From contig CM082593.2 in the NCBI GenBank assembly GCA_040954595.2, positions 9,743,200-9,807,199 on the forward strand: a stretch of DNA of 64,000 bases, in the 5' to 3' direction. The notes below the pieces were generated by a model. The model did no database searches. It was not told the origin of the DNA and saw only the letters and a program-made list of their open reading frames with translations. The position numbers and the translations under genes are program-made. Source of the stretch: Balanoglossus misakiensis (Eukaryota > Animalia > Hemichordata). Shown here one piece after another: positions 9,527 through 22,686 of the stretch (positions are counted from its first letter, which is position 1; every line of letters begins with the position of its first letter).

Positions 9527-11826
9527 TTAAACCGTGGAATATTGCCCAGAGGTTTAGGACTAGAGTGTTGGGTCTCAATCTACTTATCTTGGACAATGTC
9601 AACTTATTGACAACTGATATATCGTGGTCTTTTGGCGATTTTCGATCACTGCCTCAACAGACAAAATACGCGCGTGTTATTACAAGGGAACTCCATCAGC
9701 GCCGATGCGTGTACACGCAGTCAGCAGCGATGACACATATCGCGCCGCGATGTATATGTACCATGCCAGCACTAAAATTCTGTCTTCTGAATTACATGTA
9801 AGCTATATGCCTTTTTGGTGATGACAAACAGAAACATTTATGACTTGTCGCTGTAATCATGAAAGTTCCTTCACACGCTTCATACTGCATTATAACAAAA
9901 TGAAACCATACAACCAACAGCAACAGGCGATCATGCCGGGCCGACCCACTCACGCTCACAAAGCATGAAACATTTTCATTGATACACACGAATATCCAAG
10001 TTTGGAAACGGTTTTCACTCACACGAGGCAAAATTTATTCAACACATTTTGTTTCAAAATTTGTACAGTGTGTTTTGGAGCCGATGAGTCGGACATAGTG
10101 CGTTCAAGTTTTCACATTGATTGCTGTCAACCTTAATTATCGAAGTTTGCGGTCCCTGGGTACCGGGTAGCCAGACGAAAGAGTGAATAATTATAAGCAA
10201 TCTCGACATGATGTCGGCCAGCGCAAAATTGTGTTTACGCATCCTGCCAGTTCACCTACTACTGTGTAATCGCGGTCGCTGGAACACTGAATGAACACCA
10301 ATATCGGGTATAAACGATCAGTTGTGCTCTGAATTGAATATTGATCACTGGTCGACCTCTCCTACTGACAGGCTTCTATTTTCCTGTAAGGGTGTGGATT
10401 GTATTCTCGTGATTCAAACCTGGCCGATTATCATTCAACGGTCATGCATTGACAGTTACGGCCGCCGCCGCCGGATGGCTTCATATCCACCGTACAATAT
10501 CGATGATCGTGGCATAGACTTTCATTGGTTTTCGGGGAATTCACACGGGTGACTTCCGTCTAGGTAATGTGTTGCTGCAACCACGGCAACCACCTCTTTT
10601 TCCCATTGTGGTATTACACAGAAAAGCACGAAAACACCGTATGTGGAAATTTCAGAAAATGAGCATTTTAAAAGCATGTCAGGCATTTTTTGGTACAAGC
10701 TGGGAACAAGTTGTTTTTGGATATTTCGAATACGCTGATTTCGAATTTGCCTGTTCCCAAAAATTCTTTTCACGTTTTCATGTCGAAAATGGCAAATTAA
10801 TTTGTGACGTCATAATTTCAAAATACCTAAAAGAAAACGCTGTTTGTAGCCATTATGGTGCAATATCACAGGTCAACACCATAATAGTCTATTGAAATCG
10901 TATTCTTATATTCATTTAAATACTTTTAAACAATTTGTTTAATTTAGAAACATTTGGTGAATTGGTAAAAATGCTAATTTATGTTAATTAGGTGACACAC
11001 CCATCTAAAATCAATGGGTCTACAAAAGAGAGCCAACGGTGTTAAGTGAGGTGTCTATTCCAATGTTTTCAGGGTCAAGGAATTCAAATATGCAATTGGT
11101 TACCTTGTCAGACAAGGTGCAGCATGGAAAATATGCAAAATTAGCTTAATTAGTCATGATGTCATGCTAAAATTGACAACTGAAAGCTAAAGATACGACT
11201 ATGGCCTGTGAGGTGTCTATTCATATGTTTTTTGACAAATGTTTGCATTTTAATGAATAACTGAAATGAAACTTTCCATATTAGTATGTAATAGCATGTA
11301 AAAAACAACAAAAACAAACAAACTAACAAACAAACAAACAAATAAACATACACAACAAGGATTTAGTTTAGACTGTACATGCTCGCTGGTAACATCGTGA
11401 CCAACCGCTCCGTTAAAAAACACCAGAACAAAGAACGTATGAACGTTTAGGTCCACAATTCACAAGTTATTGAACTATGAATGTATGTTCAATGCTGTGA
11501 AAAGCCAAAAACATACTTTTTGCCAAAAAAAATGACATTTGTTAACGTACAAGTTGTTCATTAATAGCGAAAGCACCGTATGGCCACACTCACATTATGC
11601 CAGCACTGTATATTCATGCTTAGTTATAAGACGTTGAATGCACACTGATGGCCCGACGTCCTCATTGTTTTTTTGAAACCCGGTCTCTAACAACAATTTC
11701 TCTTCATAAGTAAAGAGTAATGTGTATTTTTATTACGGTTTTATATATGATACTGTGTGCAAAGTGAAGATTGTGTGTCAGTGAGGCAACATATATACAT
11801 GTATATTTAATCCACTTGGGTGTCGT

Positions 11827-14003
11827 ACTTGGCTCAGATGTGTGTTAATGTGTACTAAACAAATTCAGAGAGCGAGCCGCCAATACAGATAATCTCACCC
11901 ACAAAATACCAATTATAAAAAAACAAAATAAATTCATATTACAATATTTGAAACAAGAAACTGCTCAAAGAGTAATTTTCAAAATATTTATCATCACTAA
12001 ACTAGTTATAGGGGTAAATACAGGATCGAGATTCAGTCGCTAAAGAAATTCAAGTTTGGTAATAACACCGGTTACAACAAACTTAGTTAAAACATTGTAT
12101 AGCCATAGATATATTATAATAGTGGCCTGGCATAAACAAAATTTTCATAACATTTGGGCATTTTGTGATAAAAGTTTAACAAGTAAAGCTCAGTTGATTC
12201 GTTCTTTTCCCCATAAAATATCTTTGATGAACAAAATTCCAAATTTAGTCAACCCAGGAAAAACGGCATCTTGTTTCTCAACCTTATAAATTGATCTGAC
12301 CAGTTTGAATCAGTGCAGAATCTAGCTTTTCTATTTTATCTTCATCAAATGATTCATGCAAATAAAGAATCACTTCCCCATAAAATGGTGGCAGAAATCC
12401 AGTATCATGACAGTCGATTGGTTTGTTAAAGTTACTATAGAAACTAACTATGTCTAGGTTGCATGTACATAGATAGATGTTAGGAATCCAAATCAAAATC
12501 TGTTTCAAACTTTTCATCCAATACTTGTCCTTCGGAAAGCGTTTTGATGAAGTCGCTTGAAGTGCTTTGTATTGCTCAAGTTATCGAAAATTTTAATCGC
12601 ACCTTGATGATAGTCAGCAGTTCTATTTTGACATGTTATTTTGTGTATTTTTGAACCCCCAAAATCAAAGAATAAAATGATAAAGTGAAAATAAGCTTCA
12701 AAACACCAAAAGTCTTCAGGATCACAGCTTTTCTGTAAAGAGTAAGATTTCGCTTACTTCATGCTATTAAATGAAATGAAGTTTTCCGTAATATCTCTTG
12801 CAAAGTCAGATTACACATTGAGATATTAGAATGGAAGTACATTCCAAGTGACTTGTTGGGAGCATTGGGCCACCTAATCCCAGAAAATTGCAATAAGACC
12901 TGTTTTTCCATTTACCAATCTAAAGGCCAACTGCTTGTATATTTAGTTGGGTTTCTATAATTAACACACATTTTTGACAATATTTATGGCATGATGGACA
13001 CTATTCTCGACAAATAAAATAATGTTGTGTCCTCCGCTGTAATTTTTATGAGTTTGGAATCATAGACACCATTTATTTTTTGGTCAACTCTGTTAACAGT
13101 CGACAAAATTGCTGGAGTGGAACTGATACATGATCTAAAGTATCAAGACATATGGTCGATTATTAGCGTTTCAGCAATTCGACTTAAGTTTCTTAAATTT
13201 CCTATGGCATTTTGACAAACATCAACGCCCCGAAAAAACGTTGTCAACGCTGCGGTCGCGATTGTGGTCGAAACAAAGCCGACATTTTCGCATGGTTCGT
13301 TACCTGGGGTCCATTTAGATTGCATTGCGTTTGAGGCCCTATGTGTACGTATGTCTGTCGACCAATACACGTGACGACCGCGGACTCAGTTTGGATCAAC
13401 GTCTATTTCGGGCAGTAGACTCTCCTATCAAGTTGATAAGGAAATTTTACCAGTCACGAGTAAGCCAAGCCCACATCCGTGTGCAAATCTGATATATCGG
13501 TGATCTGTTTATATGATTATCATTAGCTAAGGTGGTAAACTGTTGTGATTCATATGTGTAATTTACGTACTGCAAGTTAAATATCGCAATTAGCCTAATG
13601 TTTGACCATAGACAGTATGCTTTGATTTCTAGAAGAGCACCTATTAATCCGAGAACAAAGGGATTAAAAGTTACGCCGTTAAATTGTGTTTTAATAACTT
13701 ACTTACCCTATAAGTAGTTTAGTAACCATAATATCTTTGAAAATCATTCTTTCCACAGTTCCTTGTATCAAATATGGAAATCTAAATTTATTTTGGTGTT
13801 CACAGATGTTATTTGGTGGGTGAAATTATCTGTATTGGTGGCCATTTTGAAAAATTGGTTGCCATGGAAACTCATCAACAGATATTTAGTGGCTCGCTAT
13901 CTGAATTTGTTTAGTACACATTAACACACATCTGAGCCAAGTTTGGTGCTTTTATCACAAAATGCACAATCGCTATGAAAATTAGGGTTTGGCCGCTCCA
14001 CTA
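11827..14003. mobile_element. Second Academ-like element nested inside the first (left terminus truncated); copies in units 2 and 3
   Basis: ACTTGGCTCAGATGTGTGTTAATGTGTACTAAACAAATTCAGA (11827) is inverted at ~13900-13942. Right end ...CAAAATGCACAATC...CCGCTCCACTA. Confidence 0.55.
12040..12940 (-). pseudogene. Degraded Tx1/L1-clade LINE ORF2 fragment, unit 1 (copies ~27754-28654, ~43696-44596)
   Basis: Minus-strand translation across frameshifts gives IGKWKNR, FSGIRWPNAPNKSLGMYF, SKRNLTLYRKAVILKTFGVLKLIF and FLPPFYGEVI, matching post-RT motifs of Tx1-like elements. Confidence 0.72.
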
Positions 14004-14882
14004 CAGGGCTTTAGACGGCCATATTGAATTGCCACATCGAGGCTCTTATCTCAAAATGAACTTCACACTTGAAGTATTGTTTTGAACAAGGTTTAAGTCC
14101 TTTATTAAAATAAAGAAAAGGTAATTTTTTCCAATGGTTGTGAGTTTTCAGTACATGTACTGTTACACCTAGCTTTATTATTATTTGGTAGCCAAAAATC
14201 AACGAATTATTCATACAATATGCAAATTTGTGCATAATTATTGTTTTATTATTGCTATTTTGTGTTTATACAACCAAACAAGTTGTTGATGTAAACATGT
14301 AGTTTATTTTCATTGTTTAAGGAGGTACGTGAACATTTCTTTGATGCTATTCATGTGAGAATTGCGATCCTTGGCGGCCATATTTGATTTGCCAAAACGA
14401 GGCTCTTATCTCAAAAAGATCTTTTGGGAACAGGCATTTTCGAAATCAGCGTAGTCGAATTGACCAAAAAACATATTTGGTTTGCTTGTACCAAAAAATG
14501 CCAGAGGGGGTCACAATTTCTCAAATCTCCACCTGACTATGAAGGGTTCCTCTTGTGACGTCACGTCACATGACCAAAATGCAGCAAATCTGAACTCAGA
14601 TTTTCAGGACAGGGTGGATTTTGAAGTATTTTATGAGAACAAAACAAATATTATAGAAATCGATACCCGAAAAATATTGTCACTTTTGGTAAATATTAGA
14701 TTTCTTTCAATCATTTTTTAACCTTCTGATAAGATTTAAAAAGGCAAGATATGCTCTTTAAGCTTTCACTTGTTTTCCAATTTTATTATTCAGTAGAAAA
14801 TGCACTAAGATGTATGTGTATTACGTTTGTCAGGATATAAATAATAATAAAATTAAAAATAATAAACTATCTTTGATTTCAG

Positions 14883-14990
14883 ATGTCAATAAGAGAGCAG
14901 ATCTTTGTGAAGGCCAGTGTGTGAATACAGCAGGCTCTTTTTATTGCACTTGTTCTGTGGGATATTGATTGGTCAATGGAGAGTGTACAG
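14883..14990 (+). pseudogene. EGF-like exon D with premature stop, unit 1 (DVNKRADLCEGQCVNTAGSFYCTCSVGY*LVNGECT)
   Basis: tttcag acceptor, gtaaga donor, 108 bp, phase 1-1. First Cys missing. In-frame TGA at 14966-14968. Confidence 0.88.
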
Positions 14991-15846
14991 GTAAGACCAG
15001 CACAATATGTGGACAACGAAAGGTCCAGTATCTGTAACTTTTGAATTTTTATTCAGTATTTTTCTGGTTATCAACCATCATTTCTTGTTCAGCTCGATGA
15101 AGCAGGGTAAGCAATGTTGTTATGTTTAAACATTGTATTCGAGCCTGGGTCTGGACTTGGATGCAATTTGTCAATAATAACAGTGATTGGTAACTGCATG
15201 TTTACATAACTGGCTAACTGTTAAAGAGACCAGCTGTTCTATTTGGTGTGTGTACAGTACACATGCCATTGGCAGCTTATGGGTCAGCCAATGTTTGCCT
15301 GTTGATCTCTTGATGTGTGTGTGTGTGTGTGTCTGTCTGTATATGTACTCTGGTGTAGACTTTTTTCTTGTATTATCCGTGAATGGGACCACCGTGTACT
15401 TAACGCAATTTCTTACACTCATCAGGGATATTTTGGCTTGTCTAACACGAGCTAAAAATATCCCCAACTCGTCTGAGAAATCTTTTACCAGGTCCTAAGG
15501 TTGTGAGACTAATAGAATCTCACACTCCCAAGGACTTGGGATCATATTTCTCACATGTGTTGAGGATTTTCTGTCCCAAACAAGCTGCAGGCGAGTGTGG
15601 GACAAGATATCCCCGACGAGTGTGAGAAATATGATCCCAGGTCCTTGGTGTGTGAGATTATATTTCTCACACGGCCACAAATTAGCCAAATTCGTTTAAA
15701 AACATTAAATAAATGACTCTTGAACTGTCATCTGGCACGTTGTAGTTTCTGTATCATAGGATAACATTTAGCTTTGTCATCCAATCTGAATCAGCGCTCG
15801 TGTCATATACAGCTTTCGATTCAGTGAGAATGTGTGATTGATTTGT

Positions 15847-17005
15847 TGTTCATTGTTCAGGTGCACAACAGTGCACGTTAATTGATTGTCAAGGCCTCCA
15901 GCCCATAGGTAAGAGGGCATAAAGGTAATCAGAAAATTGTACGAAAATGAAATAAATAATACATGTACTCAAATAATATAAATGACAACATCAAGCAGCA
16001 CTTGTGTGGAAGTACGTACTCGGGATACAAAGTGAGGAACTTAGCAGATTAAGTTTTTTAACACATTTTCTCTAAGTTTAAAGGCATTGTAAACATAAAT
16101 ACTTGAGGATTCTGATGCGCTCATGATATTAACAAACATTTGAATGTGGGGAATTTTAGTGTAACCAATATATTGTTTTCTAAGACTGTCATATAAGGGG
16201 CAAACAAGTAAAAAGTGATACTCGTCTTCTATTTGTTCACCAGAGCATAGCCTACAGTGTCTCTCTGAAACGTCCACGTTCTGATCTCTTCCCTCCTCTA
16301 TTGCAAGAGGAAGGGCAGAACAGCGAAAACATGCAAAAATGTCTTTGACATTACGTGTACAGTTGACATTAACTACTTTTCAGGCTGTAACAATGATTTA
16401 AAATGTGTGTATGTACGGAGTTTGGTTTTGGACGGACAGTGTGATTTCCATTGTTGCTTCAAAATATCTGAAATTCTTGTCTCAAATGCTGAAAGGAACA
16501 AACGCTTATCGCCTCTTTCCTGAGAAATCCAGGCGAAAATAAAATGTGTTTCACCGATGTTGCCCAAGTGTGACGGCCTAAACAGTCAAGATTACGTATG
16601 TAGCATTAAATATGCTTGCCTAGGGAGTCTTTCCTGTGGCATCTCTATAAGTTTCACCCAGTAACGAATACAACGTTTCATTGTGTGAACATACACTGGC
16701 AACCGCCCACATTCTCCAATTACAGCTTCATTGGTAGTGCTCCTTGGCACACCTAGAAAAATTCTGCACCATGTTCTTTGCACTTTTTCTATGATGTCAT
16801 AAAACTCAAGTCTCCGATCCATAACAAAAAATGGGTAAGATCATGGCATCAAACACCTTGAAGTGACATTCAAATGGCATATACCCTAGTTTCCACCTGG
16901 CAACTGAAAGTAGAGACAACACCTTGCTGGCTTGATTAGCCAATGTTTGCACTGCTCTGGACCAGGTGTTGCGATTAAACAAAAGTGAACCTAGGAGTTT
17001 GAACA
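15847..17005 (-). mobile_element. 5'-truncated, frameshifted RTE-X-like LINE (post-RT region, CCHC knuckle, 3' UTR), unit 1
   Basis: FDAMILPIFCYGSE, IEKVQRTWCRIFLGVPRSTTNEAVIGECGRLP, YWVKLIEMPQERLPRQAY, CRLCSGEQIEDEYHFLLVCPLY. Homology to the paralogous intron (~3760) breaks at ~15846. Confidence 0.85.
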
Positions 17006-17079
17006 ATGTCCTTGTAATAGACAGGTTTTGGTTGAGACAGGTTTTACTGTATTTTGATACATGCTCTGGCTTAACCATT

Positions 17080-20030
17080 TCACCACCATGGTACAGTCCA
17101 AACCCGTTGTTTTCTATGGTAAGGTTGGACCTCTAAAAAGGGAACTGGGAGGTTCTTTCTGGGAATCTCTTTATTTCTTCTGTCACAAAAATTGCATGGG
17201 AGTTCTAATTCTAAAAGGAGCACTGATTTGATAAAATATCTCAAAGTCAAGTTTTGGATGTGGCTCCAGTTCAAGTATTGTAGGTGACTAGTTTTCCGGA
17301 GTTCAAGTCTGTATACTTGCAGTAGAGTTGGTCACATGGACTTGGGTAATCTGAGTGTGGTCAGAAATTGAACTTACACACACACATTGATTGAGTTAAG
17401 AACATGTCTGGTGTATTACTGTAATATGACTAGATACTGCAAATGCATACACAATAAGCGTATGTTAAAATACACAGTTTTCATTGATATATCTGATTCA
17501 TGAAATTAAATACACATGTTCATTAAAACCCACTATGATAGAGCACCCCCACTGTTCAGAATGTCAGTTTTGAAGTCCTATATCTATGACGTCATGCCTA
17601 GCTGTCAATGTTAACTGATGTGTACTTGTACTACTTGTAAATGGAAGTACTTTAAAGTAAAGCTCAGATGTAAGGGTTTTGTAAAATAAATATAATATTA
17701 AAACATTGCAATCATTTTAGTCCTTCGGAACAGCGGTTCAATTGACTAATGTGATCACTCTGTGTGCGGCATATGGCATATTAAGCATTTAGTATTTTTC
17801 AATCAGAAGCCATTAATCCTGTGATTAATTCTGCTTCTTGCAACACTGATTTTAAATCACCACACATGAATATTTTTATCCAAAGGACTGTGGTGCCCAA
17901 GTTTTTATGATAAGATAAACAAACAGTGAAATTCACTGAAGAAGTGAGTGAGCACTTGGCCTATCATTGTTCAATGAAATGTGACCACCAATTCATTGAC
18001 GCCTTGAGCATAGCAACAACAACCTGTGTATTGACGATACTGCCTGTAGCCTTTCAGTTGATGTTGCTTGATGTACATATATGACTGGAGTCGATCATTT
18101 GTGTTTTTTGTTGCATTGTTATTTTTAACAGCGTATTAAGCAATTTTTGTTTGAGTTCATCATTCAGTGATGGTAGCTGACTAAAATCAGTGATTGTCGT
18201 CAGGTTATGTATTTCAATTTTCAGGATGACTGCTTTTGTAATAAATTCACAAGTTCTGTGACCGTCACAATAGTGTTCTGAATTATTGGTTTGTTTTCCT
18301 GTAGTGTGCATTTACATGTTCCCAGATAGGAAGTTTTAATGGGTATTAGTGTCAACATCCACAAGTGACTTGAGGCCAGTGAACTTGCAGTTGTGTGTAG
18401 TTTGGATATTAGCTTGTGGTGATATTAACATGGCGAATATCAAAATAGTACAAACAAATGTTTAAAACAGGACATATCCATAGCTTTCCCTTTCATAATT
18501 GGACTGTATTGTTATTGAAGTACAAAGACTTTCCAGCAACATGACATGGCTGGATTTTTTTGTAGGAAACAAGTCCGGCTGCTATTTGCTGTCTTTGTAT
18601 TACACTACTAGTAACATCTCCATTTCTAGCTTTGCACCTCACATTCAATGAATAGACCTGTGGATGTTTTGACACTTCTCGTCAATGAATGTGTATGGCT
18701 GCAGTTTATCAAATGATACACAAATCAAAGGAACAAACAGTGACTTTTATTTCTTTTGAGAACCTTGCATTCTTATATTTAAATGCTCACTCACTGGCCC
18801 CAATTGCAAAATAACAACATTTAATACATGCGATATTCAATGCGTTTACAGTATTCAAAAATGTTTGAAATTGAATATTGTGCCAAAGAGTGGTGTTGTC
18901 AGTCCAAATATCAAAGCATTGAATGATTGTTCACAGTTTCCTGTATGGTTTGGCCCACCTCTTGTGAAAAGATGACTTGTGATATAGTGTTGTACATTGA
19001 AAAGAAATATATATACATGTATTTTAAATAATTCATATTTTCAATCTAGAAGTGGGAGCTGCTTCCTCAAGATATAATTGACTGTCAGAATGAAAGGCAA
19101 GCGATTCACACAAGTTAACTCCAACACAACAACTCTTCAATTAAATAATTGACATCAGATAACCACAAAGGCATTATTCAAATAAATTGTATAAATGCAG
19201 TTACAAGATTTGATGTCTGAAATTTACTGATATGTGTAGATTTTGTCAGCATTTCCCTTCCTGGGTTACTTTGCGATTAGTTGTTTTGCGTAGTAGAATG
19301 GAACAGTGCCCGGTCCGGATTGGTCACATTAATGTTCAGAGAGAAAGTTAATTTGGCAACTGCTCATTGTATGAAAGGTCATAGGGTTAAGATGTCTTAT
19401 GTCAAAGTCACTTATGAATCCCTTAAAGATAAATGTAACCTATCTTATTGACAGATAAGCCAGCAACAACAGAGAAATGTTATACACCCAAATGCTATCA
19501 ACGAGGTGAGCTTCTGATAAGGACAAAAAAAGAGTTTTGTTTAGCGCGTAGGAAAATGTCAAAAATTTTAGTTATGGTAAACAACCAACACGCAAACATT
19601 TATTTTCTTTTCAATTGTTTGATAAAATTATTATAACTATCCCAAAATTTGCAGCTTGTGTGCCTTTAAAATTCAAATTCCTGTCCAAAGGGTGTCTACC
19701 CCTGCTGGTCAACTGTTATATAGGCAATTTACACAAACACGTACCAGTATAGATTCGACCACAGTCCTGTTGGCAAACATGCTCCAATGGTCTTTGCAGA
19801 CAACCATCATAAATGCATGAAACGCAGCACGCTCATTCAGTCCGATAATAGGTGCTAAAACATAACATTTTGACATCACTAACATTTTTCCCAGTGACCA
19901 AATTTTCTCAGTTTGAATCGACTGTTGATTTTGTGGAAACATTAACATGGCCAGTTTTGTCCAGTGGCTGTGATTGAAACCATCTCCAATACCAGAAAAA
20001 TGCTGATCCAAAACAAACGTTAAGCACAAA
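17080..20030 (-). pseudogene. Possible highly decayed Academ transposase relic (copies ~32796-35752, ~48738-51720)
   Basis: Collinear weak motif echoes on the minus strand: IAYITVDQ (~19710), VIYVHQA / IVNTQVVVAML / GVNELVVTF (~18090-17975), FTVC (~17925), KNLPVP (~17150). Many stops and frameshifts. Confidence 0.3.
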
Positions 20031-21402
20031 TTGTCATTTTGACTCGTATACTCAGAGTTTCGGAAACTTGATCAAGTAATATGACTTCAGAGAGGGGGGG
20101 GAGCAGTATCCCCTTCCATTTATTGGCTGTTTAAACAGATGTGTCAGTTATGTTGAAGCATTCTTCTTGCTTTATGCAGATGCAATTTGCGCCCCCATCC
20201 TCTACATACTGTAATCAGTCTCAGTGTTTGCCTGCTCGAGATTGTCAGTTTTTCATTAAAAGGAAATATTCATTTAAATTAAGCTTTAAATAATCTTATA
20301 TATGATATTAATTATGTCTATTAAATGACATTTCATAATATATCAAGATCAACACTTATGTATGACAAAACAGGCCAAAAATGAAAGAAAATCTAAAATT
20401 CCTGTATTTTTTAAAAAGTGCAATTTTGCAATGAAAAATGAAAATCTAATGTTTCAGCGGTGTACATTTACTTGCATGAGTTCTAGTGGAGGAGATGATA
20501 ATTATCCCTAAAGTTTCAACTTATATGCCTGTAAGCGACATACCTTGTATGTGCATGAATTTGTCGTCAACCGGAAACGGATTACTTGTATGAAAATGTT
20601 TGGAGTTCTCGCAGCGATTTTAAATTCACCACTATTTTCTTGGGCTGGCCATCTGAAAGGCAGCATGGTTGTCAAAGGATAAATCTTTTATGTCAACCGA
20701 GCAACATATTTAATATCATGAAGTGTACACAACATTTGCACTGCTGGAACTATCATGACCACAATACTTGTTTACAATACTTGTTTACCATGGAGGTCAA
20801 CTGGACCCCTATAAAAACGGTAGAACCGTTTTAATCCAGCTGACTTTCAAATTGCAAAGTACCGTCACAATCAAATTTGATAAGCCTATTTATATGCATT
20901 AATTCAAGTTTAAAGGAAAACTCATGAAAAAATGTGCGTTTTGTGTTTACCCCACTGTGTTCACTGATCAGGTTTGCAAAATACATTCAACCTTATGTAG
21001 TATGGTAATCAAACACTTAAAATGTGATGTCATATAACAAAGGCGTGTTGAAATACCCTGAAAGAAATAAAGTGTCTGTTTTACTTCTTACAATATACCA
21101 TGCCAACAATTCTGCTGATGCAAAATTCAGTTGATGCAACACTTACAGATGTATGCACAGAACATAAAATCAGTATGGGAACCCTCCATTAAAACTTTTG
21201 CACTTTGTACCTGACTTGGCTATTGTCAAGTCGTGTCACTTAATATGTAATATTACCTGTAATCTGTTTGGTTTTGTTATTATTTTGTTATTTCATGCGT
21301 CCTTGAGCTTGGTGGGTGACACACTTTACACACCTGCTTGTTGCATGCATGGCACTATTTTTTGACTAAAAATGTTCCTTCCAGGCCATTAAATTACCTA
21401 TA

Positions 21403-21577
21403 CAGTAAAACTCCAATTATCCATATCCAATTATCCGAACTGTTTGGTTATCCAAACTGCTGTCATGTCCCCCAAACAGTTCTTTTGTATAGGATCGCTA
21501 TCCGAATAACCGAACTGTCTGCATATCCGAACAAAATCAATGTCCCCCTGTCAGTTCGGATAATTGGAGTTTTACTG
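21403..21577. mobile_element. Tc1/mariner (Tigger-like) MITE, unit 1
   Basis: TA|CAGTAAAACTCCAATTATCC ... GGATAATTGGAGTTTTACTG|TA, perfect 20-bp TIR. Confidence 0.9.
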
Positions 21578-21876
21578 TATTGGGATATATCTTCATTTTG
21601 GCAATTTGTACGATGGGTAAACACTATTTGACGGGCGGAGAAGGCCTGCTTATTGATATGTATTCTATTGCAACCAATCAGTACACATAGTTAGAGACTG
21701 CTCAGCACTCCAGATCTTATATCGAGAGCGGCCACTGTTTCGCGAGTATAAATTTTCGCGTTCTCTTATTTCATTCACTGCATCGTTATCTTCAAAAAAA
21801 ATTACGTGACACTTTATTTTTACACTATTTTGGCACTTGCGTATTTGGCGAAAATGTATTGCTCGCGAAAAATTAA

Positions 21877-22212
21877 AGCCGCTTGCACACGTGCCATTGT
21901 TAGGGCACCCTTTTTGGGATTATAAAATTTGGTAAACATTTCTTATCAGTGACTCAAATACTTTTGCATGCACACGTGTATTAAAGGGACAGGGTCATCG
22001 CCCTCTACGCGCGTCCACAGCAGCGTGACTAAAGGTCACAATGTTCACACGTGATTTGAGTCGCTGTTTAGTGCAGCGCCCCGACCCAGGTCCCACCCCT
22101 CAACACCGTCCCCAAAAAAGCCGCTCTCACCTTTTCACACGTGGCACTTACAAATTAACGCCGCCCTAGGGCCGCTGCTGGGGCGGCGTTGATGGCACGT
22201 GTGAAAGGCACT
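21877..22212. mobile_element. PIF/Harbinger-like MITE nested in an older CTGTAAAA-type MITE (~21733-22226); copies ~37818-38153, ~53781-54116
   Basis: GCCGCTTGCACACGTGCCA / TGGCACGTGTGAAAGGCAC imperfect TIR with TAA-like flanks. The host element shows TTTTCGCG / CGCGAAAA motifs and ends TTTTACAG|TA. Confidence 0.55.
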
Positions 22213-22467
22213 AAAGTGTTTTACAGTATGTACTTTTTAATCCCTTCAAATATTTGAATATGATTAATTCCATGATAAGTGGGACAAGAAACCACAGTTG
22301 ATACCCCAAAAAAATATTGAGAAAATAACCCGAAGTTGGAGTTACTGAGCTTTAAATTGATTTCAATAATCTCCCAAGTGAAAATTGGCTGAAGCTCCTG
22401 TAGTCAGTTACCTGTTGGTAGATTGACACATGACAATGATTGACTGTTTACACTTTTGATCTTTTAG

Positions 22468-22686
22468 AGGAATATTCAAGCACTGCAAGAGAATCTAGAG
22501 ATGGCACAGAAAATAAGAACTTGAATTGAAGAATCAGCAAGATCAACATGCACGACAAAATCAACTCATAACACAAAGACAACAACAAAAGCAATTACAA
22601 AGATAGCCCAACAACAACAACAAGCAGTGCAAGCACAGCCATCCAATATACAATCAACAAATCAACAACTAAGACACCACTTTCAA
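22468..22686 (+). pseudogene. Thr/Ser-rich mucin-like exon E with in-frame stops, unit 1
   Basis: cttttag acceptor, gtaagt donor, 219 bp, phase 1-1. Reads EEYSSTARESRDGTENKNLN* ... PTTTTSSASTAIQYTINKSTTKTPLS, with the Thr-rich middle in another frame. Confidence 0.7.

Larger units (their letters stand above)
10682..14539. mobile_element. Academ-like non-autonomous element (left terminus eroded); copies in units 2 and 3
   Basis: GGCATTTTTTGGTACAAGC...TACGCTGATTTCGAATTTGCCTGTTCCCAAAA (10682-10764) is inverted at 14421-14502. Right end ...CCACCTGACTA. GGCGGCCATATT subterminal repeats. Superfamily inferred from terminus style only. Confidence 0.5.
8272..14757. mobile_element. Kolobok-like non-autonomous element swollen to 6.5 kb by nested insertions, unit 1
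   Basis: TTAA|AGAGCATATCTT ... AAGATATGCTCT|TTAA. Inner inverted pair GTGACGTCACAAGAGGAACCC (~8435) / GGGTTCCTCTTGTGACGTCAC (~14543). Confidence 0.8.

Noticed and set aside
8568-14721. Numerous 60-110 aa ORFs recurring three times
   Set aside because: Recurrence reflects the recent triplication, not conservation. They lie in non-autonomous TE sequence and have no domains, apart from the Tx1 fragment.
14966-14968. In-frame TGA in exon D as selenocysteine or readthrough
   Set aside because: It is not at an EGF Cys position, the exon also lacks Cys1, and neighbouring exons carry stops. CGA>TGA decay is more parsimonious.
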